DNA of 64,000 nucleotides from an uncultured Lachnospiraceae bacterium (GTDB lineage Bacteria; Bacillota; Clostridia; Lachnospirales; Lachnospiraceae), in the NCBI GenBank assembly GCA_947644545.1, contig CANRZW010000018.1, positions 1,266 to 65,265 of the forward strand, written 5' to 3'. The position numbers and the translations under genes were made by a program. Each line of letters opens with the position of its first letter. Position 1 is the stretch's first letter. The notes under the pieces are model-generated. The model saw nothing but the letters and a program-made list of their open reading frames with translations, was not told the origin of the DNA and made no database searches. Shown piece after piece: positions 1 to 9,330 of this stretch.

Positions 1-1
1 A

Positions 2-1213
2 TCCAACGAAGGTATCAGCAGCACCAAGGATGTCATGATCGAGCGGGATAAGGAAACGGTGTTGGATGTAGGCGATATTGAGATCGTTCAGAATAAAGTG
101 GGTAAGATCCTTTTCTCCGTTACGCCGTCCGAGGCTAAGGTGACCATAGACGGGGAAGAAACAGATATCAGCAAGGCGGTGGAACTTCCTTATGGGATCC
201 ATCAGATTTATCTGGAAGCGGAAGGTTATGACTCTCTCACAAAGTATATTCAGGTCGGTTCGGAATATGCGAAGATAGCATTTACGCTGGAGGAGAGGAA
301 GGAAGAAGAGACACCGACGGTGAGCGATAATACGCTGGATGTAAAAGAACCTGCGCAGCCGGCGCCGGCGCCTTCCATCAGTGAGAATACCATTACACCG
401 ACGCAGACCAATAAGGTCTACATTGATTCACCAAAGGGCGTGGAAGTGTATGTAGACAGTAACTATATCGGAATTGCACCGGTCAGCTTTAAGAAGAATA
501 TCGGAAGTCATACGGTTACGCTGCGAAAGAGAGGCTACAAGACGAAGAGTTATACCATCTATTTGTATAATGATGGAGAAGATATTACGTATTCCTTTGT
601 GGATCTGGAGAAAGAAGACCAGACTGTCAGCGGTAATGGAATTTCTTCTGGCAGTTCTACCAGTAGTAAGAATCCGTCAAGCGGCAGTACAGAAAATCCC
701 TCGAGTGGCAGCACGGAGAATCCGTCGAGCGGCAGTACGGAGAATCCCTCGAGTGGCAGTACGGAAAACCCGTCAAGCGGCAGTACGGAAAACCCATCAG
801 GTGGCAGTACGGAAAACCCGTCAAGCGGCAGCACGGAAAACCCGTCAAGTGGCAGTACAGAGAACCCATCAGGCGGCAGCACGGAGAACCCGTCAGGCGG
901 CAGTACAGAGAATCCCTCGAGTGACAGTACGGAGAATCCTTCGAGTGACAGTACGGAGAATCCGTCCGATGACAGTACGCAGAGTCCTTCTGACGACAGT
1001 ACAGAGAGTCCTTCGAGTGACAGTACACAGAATTCATCGAGCGGCAGTACGGATTCATCCGGCGACGGTACGGATAACTCATCGAGCGGCAGTACAATGA
1101 CGGACCCGGACAAGGGCAGTGAGACGAAGCTCAATAATATGAACGGTATTTTTAAGAGCGAGAACAGGAAGACCGGTGCGGGCAGTAAGTCCGGAGCAAA
1201 GAAGAAGGCTTAA
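2..1213 (+). CDS. PEGA-domain cell-surface protein, 5' end probably outside the window, with a long Ser/Gly/Thr/Glu/Asn/Pro repeat tail
   Basis: The frame is open from base 2, with no stop before the first ATG at 35. Two PEGA-like signatures are present (YLEAEGYDSLTKYIQV and VTLRKRGYKTKSYTIYL). Stop is at 1211-1213. Confidence 0.7.
   Translation, partial: SNEGISSTKDVMIERDKETVLDVGDIEIVQNKVGKILFSVTPSEAKVTIDGEETDISKAVELPYGIHQIYLEAEGYDSLTKYIQVGSEYAKIAFTLEERKEEETPTVSDNTLDVKEPAQPAPAPSISENTITPTQTNKVYIDSPKGVEVYVDSNYIGIAPVSFKKNIGSHTVTLRKRGYKTKSYTIYLYNDGEDITYSFVDLEKEDQTVSGNGISSGSSTSSKNPSSGSTENPSSGSTENPSSGSTENPSSGSTENPSSGSTENPSGGSTENPSSGSTENPSSGSTENPSGGSTENPSGGSTENPSSDSTENPSSDSTENPSDDSTQSPSDDSTESPSSDSTQNSSSGSTDSSGDGTDNSSSGSTMTDPDKGSETKLNNMNGIFKSENRKTGAGSKSGAKKKA
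671..1100 (+). repeat. About 17-18 tandem copies of a 24-nt unit encoding the octapeptide NPSSGSTE
   Basis: Units read directly, e.g. aatccgtcaagcggcagtacagaa / aatccctcgagtggcagcacggag / aatccgtcgagcggcagtacggag. Copies differ mostly at synonymous third positions. The 3' copies degenerate (NPSSDSTE, SPSDDSTE, NSSSGSTD). Confidence 0.9.
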
Positions 1214-1237
1214 CAGCAGATAGGAAAGTCAGACAAA

Positions 1238-1963
1238 GTGAAAGACAAGAATAAGAAGTATACATACGAAGATTTTCTGGAAATTATCAAGACTCTCAGG
1301 GGAGAAAACGGATGTCCCTGGGACAGGGTGCAGACCCATGAGAGTCTGAAACCATGCATGATGGAGGAGGCAGCGGAGCTGCTTGCCTCCATTCGCATCT
1401 ATGACCGGACGGGTAACCCCGAGAATATGAGGGAAGAGCTGGGAGATGTACTCTTGCAGGTAGTGATGCACGCGCAGATCGCGTCGGAAGAGGGACTGTT
1501 TACGATGGAAGACGTGGTGGATGAAGTCAGCCGGAAGATGATCCGCAGGCATCCCCATGTTTTCGGGACAAGCAGCGCCGATACTTCGGAGGAAGCATTG
1601 CAGAATTGGGAAGAGATTAAGAAAGAGGAGAAACAGGGCAAAGAGTGGATCGTCTCTCCGCTGCGGGAAGTACCGCAGGAACTGCCGGCGCTTACCAGGG
1701 CGGCTAAAGTGTTGAAGAAGATAGACAAAACCTATGAAAAAGGCAGTTCCTACGAGCAGAATGTGGAAGCGCTGCAGAAGGCGGTTGACGCCTTGAAAGT
1801 GTGCGGTCATGAACCATATAACAAGGAATTGGAGCAGATTATGGCGAATATTTTGGTTAGATTGTCGGATATTGCCAGAATCACCAAGATTTCGTCAGAA
1901 CAGGTTCTTACAGACAGGATAGAGGATCTGATCGATCAGTACGAGAAAATGGAAAAAGCTTAA
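1238..1963 (+). CDS. mazG: MazG-family nucleoside triphosphate pyrophosphohydrolase (YabN-like, MazG domain only)
   Basis: N-terminus reads YTYEDFLEIIKTLRGENGCPWDRVQTHESLKPCMMEEAAELL, typical of MazG. GTG start lies 9 nt after aggaaag. Position matches Bacillus yabN upstream of yabO-yabP-yabQ-divIC. Confidence 0.85.
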   Translation: MKDKNKKYTYEDFLEIIKTLRGENGCPWDRVQTHESLKPCMMEEAAELLASIRIYDRTGNPENMREELGDVLLQVVMHAQIASEEGLFTMEDVVDEVSRKMIRRHPHVFGTSSADTSEEALQNWEEIKKEEKQGKEWIVSPLREVPQELPALTRAAKVLKKIDKTYEKGSSYEQNVEALQKAVDALKVCGHEPYNKELEQIMANILVRLSDIARITKISSEQVLTDRIEDLIDQYEKMEKA

Positions 1964-2003
1964 AAAATGCCCTAAAATGGCGAAAAAAAAGCAGTCATTC
2001 TGC

Positions 2004-2032
2004 TTGACAACAGAGGGAAAAGCGTATATAAA
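2004..2032 (+). promoter_or_regulatory. Sigma-A type promoter for hup
   Basis: TTGACA (2004-2009), 17-nt spacer, TATAAA (2027-2032), about 70 nt upstream of the hup start. Confidence 0.6.
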
Positions 2033-2100
2033 TAGGTGTAGGCGTTTCAAAAGAGGAACATCTATAATAAAGTGAAGACTCATTTAAGGAGGAGTTTAAG

Positions 2101-2376
2101 ATGAACAAAACAGAATTAGTTGCAGCTATGGCTGATCAGGCAGGATTATCCAAAAAAGACGCAGAGAAGGCATTGAAGGCTTTTACAGATGTTGTTGCTG
2201 ATGAACTGAAGAAAGGCGGCAAAGTACAGTTAGTTGGTTTTGGTACATTCGAGGTTTCCGAGAGAGCGGCAAGAGAAGGCAGAAATCCTCAGAGCGGCGC
2301 AGTTATGAAGATTGCAGCTTCCAAAGCTCCGAAGTTCAAAGCTGGCAAGGCATTAAAGGACATGCTTAACGCATAG
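2101..2376 (+). CDS. hup: HU family nucleoid DNA-binding protein
   Basis: 91 aa. Sequence MNKTELV...GFGTFEVSERAAREGRNPQSG...KFKAGKALKD is the canonical HU/IHF signature. Strong SD aaggagg precedes the ATG. Confidence 0.95.
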   Translation: MNKTELVAAMADQAGLSKKDAEKALKAFTDVVADELKKGGKVQLVGFGTFEVSERAAREGRNPQSGAVMKIAASKAPKFKAGKALKDMLNA

Positions 2377-2392
2377 TTTGATGAGAGAAAGT

Positions 2393-2425
2393 AAAAGCCT
2401 GTATGCAGATGCATATGGGCTTTTT
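2393..2425 (+). terminator. Rho-independent terminator after hup
   Basis: aaaagcc-tg-tatgca-ga-tgcata-tg-ggctttt stem-loop followed by a T-run. Confidence 0.75.
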
Positions 2426-2469
2426 GTTAAGTTAAAGAAGAAAGATGAGACAGGCGTTCAAGGAAAGGA

Positions 2470-2724
2470 ATGGATGACAGAATGAGACTCGATAAATATC
2501 TGAAAGTATCCCGGTTGATCAAACGGCGTACCGTGGCAAATGAAGCATGTGATGCGGGCAGGGTACTGGTGAACGACAAGCCGGCGAAGGCTTCCGTCAA
2601 TGTGAAGGCAGGGGATGTGATCACGATCCAGTTCGGGAATAAAGAAGTCAGGGTGGAGGTTTTAGACGTACAGGAGACGGTACGCAAGGAAGAAGCGAAA
2701 GAGTTGTTTCGTTACCTTCCATAA
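2470..2724 (+). CDS. yabO: S4-domain RNA-binding protein (YabO/Hsp15-like)
   Basis: MRLDKYLKVSRLIKRRTVANEACDAGRVLVNDKPAKAS is an S4 alpha-L motif. An alternative start ATG at 2482 is possible. Synteny with yabP. Confidence 0.85.
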   Translation: MDDRMRLDKYLKVSRLIKRRTVANEACDAGRVLVNDKPAKASVNVKAGDVITIQFGNKEVRVEVLDVQETVRKEEAKELFRYLP

Positions 2725-2789
2725 AACAGGCATATTTGATCAGGATCCGACATACATATAAGAAGTATCATTATTATGGGAGGGCATGT

Positions 2790-3080
2790 ATGGAAGATCT
2801 GAACAGCATTAACAGAAAACCGCACAAATTGATGCTTACCAATAGAAGGACATGTAACATAAGCGGTGTCAATGACGTGCTGTCTTTTGATGTCAACGAG
2901 ATCCTGCTGGAGACGGAACAGGGTATGTTGATGATCAAAGGCAGTGAATTGCATGTAAGCCGGCTGTCCCTGGATAAGGGAGAAGTAGATGTAGACGGCC
3001 GGATCGACAGTTTTACTTATTCGGAGAACGCAGGATTTGGCAGTAAGGGAGAATCGCTGTTAGCCAGATTGTTTAAGTGA
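2790..3080 (+). CDS. yabP: Sporulation protein YabP
   Basis: LMLTNRRTCNISGVNDVLSFDVNEILLETEQGMLMIKGSELHVSRLSLDKGEVDVDG matches the YabP family. I chose ATG at 2790, which has GGGAGGG 5 nt upstream, over the longer track ORF starting at 2736. Confidence 0.85.
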   Translation: MEDLNSINRKPHKLMLTNRRTCNISGVNDVLSFDVNEILLETEQGMLMIKGSELHVSRLSLDKGEVDVDGRIDSFTYSENAGFGSKGESLLARLFK

Positions 3081-3081
3081 A

Positions 3082-3588
3082 GTGGGGGCTTTACCGAATA
3101 TGAGTCAGGACATTGTGCAGGAAATTGTTTTTTTTCTACATTCCATCTTTATGGGACTGGTCATTACGTTTGCCTATGATTGGATATTGGTTTTCAGGAA
3201 GTTATTTGCACATGGCAGATTCCTGATATCGGTGGAAGACTTTTTTTACTGGTTTGTGTGCGGCATCGGTGTTTTCTATATGCTTTACAAGGAGAACAAT
3301 GGCGTTCTGAGATGGTTTGCCGTGGTGGGGGCAGCGCTTGGGATGCTTTTTTATAAAACAACGATTAAAAATTATTTTGTAAACATTATGTCGACTTGCA
3401 TACACAAGATAATGTGGTTAGTACTGCGCATAATACAAATTGTGCTAAAACCTGCCAAATGCGCATTTTTCGGCGCTCGAAGGTTTGTTCGATTCGTTAT
3501 GAGGAAACTGAAAAATGTGAAGGAATTTATAAAAAAACGGTTGACGTGCTGTGTGAAAACAATTAGAATAATTTTATGTAAACAGTAA
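3082..3588 (+). CDS. yabQ: Spore cortex biosynthesis membrane protein YabQ
   Basis: Hydrophobic multi-TM protein immediately after yabP, with a basic C-terminal tail. GTG at 3082 or ATG at 3100. Confidence 0.7.
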   Translation: MGALPNMSQDIVQEIVFFLHSIFMGLVITFAYDWILVFRKLFAHGRFLISVEDFFYWFVCGIGVFYMLYKENNGVLRWFAVVGAALGMLFYKTTIKNYFVNIMSTCIHKIMWLVLRIIQIVLKPAKCAFFGARRFVRFVMRKLKNVKEFIKKRLTCCVKTIRIILCKQ

Positions 3589-3614
3589 AGAGGGAGAGGA
3601 GTATCATTAGCAAC

Positions 3615-3920
3615 ATGGCAAAAAAAGCAGCATATCGTAAGAAGCGCCAGAACAGAACGGGCATGCTTTTGGTTACCACAGTTGTTATAATGATGCTGAT
3701 CGTGGTCACTGTTAAGAGTATAGAGCTTCGGGACAAACGCGCGGCGTATCGGATCAGAGAAGAGGCCTTGATGCAGGAGATTGAAGCGGAGCAGGCCAGA
3801 ACAGAAGAAATCGAAGAGTATGAGAAATACACACAGACCAAGAAGTATGTGGAAGAGATTGCGAAGAGTAAGCTTGGCCTTGTGTATGAGGGCGAGATTA
3901 TATTTAAGGATAAGAATTAA
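3615..3920 (+). CDS. divIC: Septum formation initiator (DivIC/FtsB family)
   Basis: 101 aa with a basic N-terminus, one TM segment (MLLVTTVVIMMLIVVTV), then a coiled coil (EALMQEIEAEQARTEEIEEYEKY) and a conserved ...LGLVYEGEIIFK end. Synteny supports the call. Confidence 0.8.
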   Translation: MAKKAAYRKKRQNRTGMLLVTTVVIMMLIVVTVKSIELRDKRAAYRIREEALMQEIEAEQARTEEIEEYEKYTQTKKYVEEIAKSKLGLVYEGEIIFKDKN

Positions 3921-4028
3921 GCAGGTTTTGGAGAGGTTTCCGAGATTTGCTTTTTTTCTGTTGGAATAATTTGGACAACCCTTTCATATATTGATAGAAA
4001 TCAATATGGAAAGGGGAGGCGTATTTTT

Positions 4029-5267
4029 ATGAGAAAACAGGTAGAAGCCAGAGACGAGAATAAGATCAGGATCATTCCGGAGTATGGCAGGCAGAGGCTT
4101 CTGACTTATGCAGAGTCTTTCAGGGATCTGGCGGATCTGTTTGAGAAAGACGAGGCAGAGAGCAGTGCGGAAGGAAGAGATGACCCGGAGGACAGGCAGG
4201 ATTATCTGTGGCAGCGCAAATTGCAGGAGAATCAGGGGCTTCTGGCAGAACATTTGAAGGAAATGGCGCATATCATGTCGGAGGTGGCCAGGGAGACTTA
4301 TCTGTACCGGCCAATGGGAGAGCGCAAATACAGGCAGATCTCCAAGCTTCTCAGGGAGTCGGGAATCCTGCTAAAGAGCTTCTTTGAACTGGAACGGGAA
4401 GACGGGCATATGGAGATCAGCCTGACGATGAAGACGATCTCCGAGAAGTATACAAAGCTGGGCGAACATGTATGCATAGATGACGTGGCAGATTTCATAT
4501 CGGTGGCTACGAACCGCAGGCTGCGTACAGCCAGGAATACGCCGCAATACCTTACCCCGGAATGGAATACGTATTATTTTGTAGAAGAACCCGATTATCA
4601 TCTGTTGACCGGTGCGGCCAAGGCAGTGAAGGAAATGGAACAGGTGTCGGGTGATAATTATTCCTTCTATGAAGCCGAAACAGGCCGGATGGTGACGATC
4701 CTGTCGGACGGAATGGGATCCGGTGAAAAGGCGTGTGTAGATTCGGAGCGGGTGGTCGAGAAGATGGAACGGCTGCTGGAAGCGGGATTTCGCAAGGAGT
4801 CAGCCGCGCAGATGATCAATGGAGCCTTAGTGGCAGCAGGACAGGAAGAAAATATGTCAACATTGGATGTCTGTGATATCGATATGTATACCGGAAAATG
4901 TGAATTTATGAAGGCGGGAGCCGCCTGCAGTTATATTAAGAGAGGAAGACTGGTGGACAGGCTTTCGGCGCTTAATTTTCCACTCGGCGTTTTCGGGCAG
5001 ATCGAGCCGGAAATCATACAAAGAGTGCTGCAAAGCGGCGACTACGTGATTATGCTGTCCGACGGTATCCTCGATGCGCTTTCTCAGGGGATTGGGGAGG
5101 AGATGCTGCCGGAAGTCATCGGCAGGATAGAATACACGAATCCAAATGAGATCGCCAATCAGATTCTGGCTTATTGCTTAAAGCAGAGCAACGGACAGAT
5201 CAGAGATGATATGACGGTACTGGTGATCGGGATCTGGGAAAGAGAAGAGGACATAAGACAAATATGA
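4029..5267 (+). CDS. spoIIE: SpoIIE-type PP2C protein phosphatase (stage II sporulation protein E-like) lacking the N-terminal polytopic membrane domain
   Basis: PP2C/SpoIIE motifs are present: SGDNYSFYE, ILSDGMGSGEKA, MSTLDVCDIDMYTG, VIMLSDGILDA, DDMTVLVIGI. Position between divIC and tilS is as in Bacillus. No hydrophobic segments are visible. Confidence 0.8.
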   Translation: MRKQVEARDENKIRIIPEYGRQRLLTYAESFRDLADLFEKDEAESSAEGRDDPEDRQDYLWQRKLQENQGLLAEHLKEMAHIMSEVARETYLYRPMGERKYRQISKLLRESGILLKSFFELEREDGHMEISLTMKTISEKYTKLGEHVCIDDVADFISVATNRRLRTARNTPQYLTPEWNTYYFVEEPDYHLLTGAAKAVKEMEQVSGDNYSFYEAETGRMVTILSDGMGSGEKACVDSERVVEKMERLLEAGFRKESAAQMINGALVAAGQEENMSTLDVCDIDMYTGKCEFMKAGAACSYIKRGRLVDRLSALNFPLGVFGQIEPEIIQRVLQSGDYVIMLSDGILDALSQGIGEEMLPEVIGRIEYTNPNEIANQILAYCLKQSNGQIRDDMTVLVIGIWEREEDIRQI

Positions 5268-6778
5268 AGTTTGATACCTACCATAAGATAAAAAGATATG
5301 TGGAAAAGTACCACATGATAGAAAAGGATGACGTGGTAGCGGCAGGTGTGTCGGGAGGAGCAGATTCCGTCTGTCTGCTGCATGTTCTTTGGAGAATGAG
5401 ACAGGAGATGGCGTTCTCACTGCTGGCAATTCATGTGGATCATGGCGTCCGTGAGGATTCGGCGAAGGATGCCGCATATGTAGAGAAGCTGTGCCGGAGC
5501 CTGGAAGTCCCCCTATCTGTCCGTAAGGTGGACATGGCCGGGTACGCGGCGCAAAACAGGCTGTCCCAGGAGGAGGCTGGCAGACAGCTCCGCTATGAGG
5601 CTTTCGAGGCGGTATTGAAGGAGCTGCACGCGGAGGATGGGCATTATAAGATCGCGGTTGCTCATAATTGCAATGACAGGGCCGAGACGATGCTGTTCCA
5701 TATGTTCCGGGGAAGCGGGCTCAAAGGCCTCAGTTCGATACAGCCGGTCCGGGATGCTGTAATACGGCCGCTTCTGTGTCTGGAACGCGGGGAGATCGAG
5801 CAGTATCTTGCAGATCATAATCTGTGTTACTGCCAGGACAGTACGAATGAGGAAGATACCTATACGCGCAACAGGATCAGACACCATATTCTGCCTTATG
5901 CGGAGCAGGAGATTTGTTCCGGTGCAGCAGCGCATATGGGAGATCTGGCGGAGATACTGTCGGAGACGGAGCGTTATCTGGAAGAACAGACGAAACGGCT
6001 GTATAAGATCTATGTGAAAGAGAAAATAGACAACAAAGGGCATAGCGGCGGCATACCCTCAGATAATGCGGTGAGTCTGTGCATCGACAGGCGGCTTCTT
6101 GACGAGGATCCCGTCATGTATAAGCGGGTACTGCTCACCGGGATGGAGCGCCTGACATCGCATAGGAAGGATATTACCGGGCAGCATATCAGCGATCTGG
6201 CAGAGCTGATGACGAAGGATGGCAGTAAGGAGATTAATCTTCCGTACAAAATCAGGGCATATAAGGAATATGACAGGCTGTATCTGAGCAAGGACACAAG
6301 AGGGCTGGTGCAGGCAACAGTACACGAAGCGGTTCCGGGAGTATGTCGGGAGTATGCGATAGCGCCTCCGATGGAGATCAGCGTACCGGGAGAGGGGACC
6401 TATGTCTTTCGAATATTGGAAAAAGGGGACGGATTCTTAGAAAAACAGCAAAATATTCAACGAAATAGATATACGAAATGGTTTGATTATGATAAAATAA
6501 CTAAGTCTTTGGTGCTTCGCGGGCGGCAGCAGGGAGATTATCTGACGATAGACACCGCAATGCACACGAAGTCGGTCAAACAATACATGATCAATGAGAA
6601 AATCCCGAAAATGCGGCGGGACAGTATGCACTTGCTGGCTGACGGTTCCCATGTCCTGTGGATACCGGGTTACCGGATCAGTCAGAATTACAAAGTGGAA
6701 GAAAGTACGGAGCGTATTCTGGAAGTACGGCTCGAAGGAGGAAACGATGGCGGAACGAATCGAAGTGTTGTTGAGTGA
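5264..6778 (+). CDS. tilS: tRNA(Ile)-lysidine synthetase
   Basis: PP-loop VAAGVSGGADSVCLL. The ATGA overlap with the spoIIE stop suggests translational coupling. Synteny tilS-hpt-ftsH. Confidence 0.9.
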   Translation: MKFDTYHKIKRYVEKYHMIEKDDVVAAGVSGGADSVCLLHVLWRMRQEMAFSLLAIHVDHGVREDSAKDAAYVEKLCRSLEVPLSVRKVDMAGYAAQNRLSQEEAGRQLRYEAFEAVLKELHAEDGHYKIAVAHNCNDRAETMLFHMFRGSGLKGLSSIQPVRDAVIRPLLCLERGEIEQYLADHNLCYCQDSTNEEDTYTRNRIRHHILPYAEQEICSGAAAHMGDLAEILSETERYLEEQTKRLYKIYVKEKIDNKGHSGGIPSDNAVSLCIDRRLLDEDPVMYKRVLLTGMERLTSHRKDITGQHISDLAELMTKDGSKEINLPYKIRAYKEYDRLYLSKDTRGLVQATVHEAVPGVCREYAIAPPMEISVPGEGTYVFRILEKGDGFLEKQQNIQRNRYTKWFDYDKITKSLVLRGRQQGDYLTIDTAMHTKSVKQYMINEKIPKMRRDSMHLLADGSHVLWIPGYRISQNYKVEESTERILEVRLEGGNDGGTNRSVVE

Positions 6779-7271
6779 AGAGGAAGTGGATAAGAGGATC
6801 CAGGAGATCGGAGATCAGATCTCCAGAGATTATGCGGGAAAACAAGTGCATTTGGTCTGCGTGCTCAAGGGCGGCAGCTTTTTTATGTGTGAGCTTGCAA
6901 AGCGGATTACGGTGCCGGTATCTTTGGACTTCATGTCGGTGTCCAGTTACGGTGGGGATACGAAGTCCAGCGGAGTGGTTAAGATCGTGAAGGATCTGGA
7001 TGAATCGCTGTTGAATAAGCATGTGCTGGTGGTGGAGGATATCGTCGATTCCGGAAGAACACTCAGTTATCTGTTGGAGATGCTTAAGGACAGAGGACCG
7101 GTGGATGTGAAGTTGTGTACGCTTTTGGACAAGCCGGAAAGAAGAGTTGTGGATGTGAAGGTGGATTATACGGGATTCGAGATTCCCGATGAGTTTGTAG
7201 TGGGATACGGACTGGATTATGACCAGAAATACAGGAATCTGCCTTATATCGGGGTTGTGAAATTTGATTGA
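6747..7271 (+). CDS. hpt: Hypoxanthine phosphoribosyltransferase
   Basis: MAERIEVLLSEEEVDKRIQEIG..., VLKGGSFFMCEL, and the PRPP loop VLVVEDIVDSGRTLS. ATG at 6747 follows ggaggaaacg. The longer track ORF from 6594 overlaps tilS and is unlikely. Confidence 0.92.
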   Translation: MAERIEVLLSEEEVDKRIQEIGDQISRDYAGKQVHLVCVLKGGSFFMCELAKRITVPVSLDFMSVSSYGGDTKSSGVVKIVKDLDESLLNKHVLVVEDIVDSGRTLSYLLEMLKDRGPVDVKLCTLLDKPERRVVDVKVDYTGFEIPDEFVVGYGLDYDQKYRNLPYIGVVKFD

Positions 7272-7341
7272 TCATTGCGGACGCATATGATTGCGTCCGT
7301 ATTGCAATAAGAAAGAATATGCTTTATGAAAGAGGTTTATT

Positions 7342-9195
7342 TTGAACAGAAATAATAAAAGTTTCTACATGTATTTTGTGATCATCATGGGCCTGTTGTT
7401 GTTTACCGTGTGGATCGGGACGATCAGGATTCAGGACAGCAGCTATACGAGAGGGGAATTCGTCAGCCAGTTGGAGAACAGCGAGGTAGCTATTGTCAAG
7501 ATCTGTCCCAACAAGAATACCAATGCCGGCGCGTTGGAAGTGACACTGAAAAGCGGTGAGGAGAGGCATCTCAATGTGACGGACATCACCGAGGCGGAAG
7601 CGCTGGTGCGCAGCTATAATCTGGATCCGGTGGTGGAGAGTGTGCCGGAGGAGAGCTGGTTCTTGAACAGTGTGTTTCCGGTGCTGATCGTCGTGATCGT
7701 CTGCGTTTTCTTTTTCGTGATGATGAACGCGCAGAATGCGGGCGGTGGCGGCGGCAACGGCAAGATGATGAATTTCGGCAGGAGCCGTGCCAAGCTGACG
7801 CTGGGCGGAGAGAATAAGATCAAGCTGGACGGTGTGGCAGGCTTGAAGGAAGAGAAAGAGGAACTGCAGGAGATCGTGGAATTTCTGCGGGAGCCGGGCA
7901 AGTTTACGAAGGTGGGGGCGCGTATCCCCAAGGGCGTTCTGCTGGAAGGTGCGCCCGGTACAGGTAAGACGCTGCTGGCCAAGGCGATTGCGGGAGAGGC
8001 TAACGTGCCTTTCTTTAGTATTTCCGGTTCCGATTTCGTGGAGATGTTTGTCGGTGTGGGAGCTTCCCGTGTACGCGATATGTTCGCGGAGGCGAAGCGG
8101 CATGCACCCTGTATTATCTTTATTGACGAGATCGACGCGGTGGCGAGACGCCGTGGTACCGGTATGGGCGGCGGCCATGACGAACGCGAACAGACGCTGA
8201 ATCAGCTGCTTGTGGAGATGGACGGTTTCGGCGTCAACGAGGGCATTATCGTGATGGCGGCCACCAACCGTGTGGATATTCTTGATCCGGCAATCTTAAG
8301 ACCGGGTCGTTTTGACCGTAAGATTACGGTGGCGGCGCCGGATGTACGGGGCCGGGAAGATATTCTGAAAGTCCATGCCAGGAACAAACCGCTGGGGGAT
8401 GATGTGGATCTTACGCAGATTGCGCAGACGACGGCGGGCTTTACGGGGGCGGATTTGGAGAACCTGCTCAACGAGGCGGCCATCAATGCGGCTATGGAGA
8501 AAAGAGTTTACGTCAAACAGGACGATATCAAGCGCGCTTTTGTAAAGGTAGGGATCGGCGCGGAGAAGAAGAGCCGTATCATCTCCGACAAGGAGAAGCG
8601 GATCACGGCTTATCATGAGGCAGGACACGCGATTCTGTTCCATGTGCTTCCTGATGTGGGGCCGGTGTATACGGTATCCATCATTCCTACCGGGATCGGT
8701 GCGGCGGGCTATACCATGCCTTTGCCTGAAAAGGACGAGATGTTCCTGACCAAGGGCAAGATGCTGCAGGATATTATGGTTTCTCTGGGCGGGCGTATCG
8801 CGGAGGAAATCATTTTCGACGATATCACGACGGGAGCGTCCAGCGATATTAAGAAGGCCACCAAGGTGGCGCGCAGGATGGTAACCCGTTACGGCATGTC
8901 AGACAATATCGGTGTGATCAATTATGATGATGACGACGATGAGGTATTTATCGGCAGGGATCTGGCACATGCCAAGGGTCACAGCGAAGCGGTATCCGGG
9001 GAGATCGACCGGGAGGTGAAGGCCATCATCGACGACTGCTACGAGAAGGCGAAGGCTATGATCTTAGAGCAGGAGAATGTGCTGCATAAGTGCGCCGAGC
9101 TGCTGCTCGAGAAGGAGAAGATCAACCGCACCGAGTTTGAAGCGCTCTTTGATACCGTATATCCGCAGCCGGAAGAACCCGAGATGAAGCTGTAA
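7342..9195 (+). CDS. ftsH: ATP-dependent zinc metalloprotease FtsH
   Basis: Walker [14 protein letters not shown], Walker [13 protein letters not shown] region, and zinc site HEAGHAI. Two N-terminal TM segments. TTG start follows agagg. Confidence 0.97.
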   Translation: MNRNNKSFYMYFVIIMGLLLFTVWIGTIRIQDSSYTRGEFVSQLENSEVAIVKICPNKNTNAGALEVTLKSGEERHLNVTDITEAEALVRSYNLDPVVESVPEESWFLNSVFPVLIVVIVCVFFFVMMNAQNAGGGGGNGKMMNFGRSRAKLTLGGENKIKLDGVAGLKEEKEELQEIVEFLREPGKFTKVGARIPKGVLLEGAPGTGKTLLAKAIAGEANVPFFSISGSDFVEMFVGVGASRVRDMFAEAKRHAPCIIFIDEIDAVARRRGTGMGGGHDEREQTLNQLLVEMDGFGVNEGIIVMAATNRVDILDPAILRPGRFDRKITVAAPDVRGREDILKVHARNKPLGDDVDLTQIAQTTAGFTGADLENLLNEAAINAAMEKRVYVKQDDIKRAFVKVGIGAEKKSRIISDKEKRITAYHEAGHAILFHVLPDVGPVYTVSIIPTGIGAAGYTMPLPEKDEMFLTKGKMLQDIMVSLGGRIAEEIIFDDITTGASSDIKKATKVARRMVTRYGMSDNIGVINYDDDDDEVFIGRDLAHAKGHSEAVSGEIDREVKAIIDDCYEKAKAMILEQENVLHKCAELLLEKEKINRTEFEALFDTVYPQPEEPEMKL

Positions 9196-9295
9196 GAGGC
9201 TTGCAAAGAGGCTGAAATGAAGTGATTGGGAAGGGTTTTGTGCAAAATAGACAAAAACACATAGTCAAATTTGTAATATTTGTGAATCCTTAGTA

Positions 9296-9324
9296 TTGTA
9301 GACAGGTACATGCTATGCTATTAT
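9296..9324 (+). promoter_or_regulatory. Candidate sigma-A promoter in the ftsH-GH13 intergenic region
   Basis: TTGTAG (9296-9301), 17-nt spacer, TATTAT (9319-9324). Confidence 0.4.
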
Positions 9325-9330
9325 ACTACT

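Noticed and set aside
671-1100. I considered whether the regular 24-nt repeats could be a CRISPR array.
   Set aside because: The units are contiguous with no spacers, lie in frame inside a coding sequence, and vary mainly at synonymous positions. No cas genes are present.
474-1134. Alternative-frame and antisense ORFs lie across the PEGA repeat region (474-1100 +, 559-1134 -, 657-1097 -).
   Set aside because: They are by-products of a 24-nt tandem repeat, where any frame without a stop in one unit stays open through all units. Their products are repetitive Arg/Val/Ala or Leu/Pro/Phe strings with no start context.
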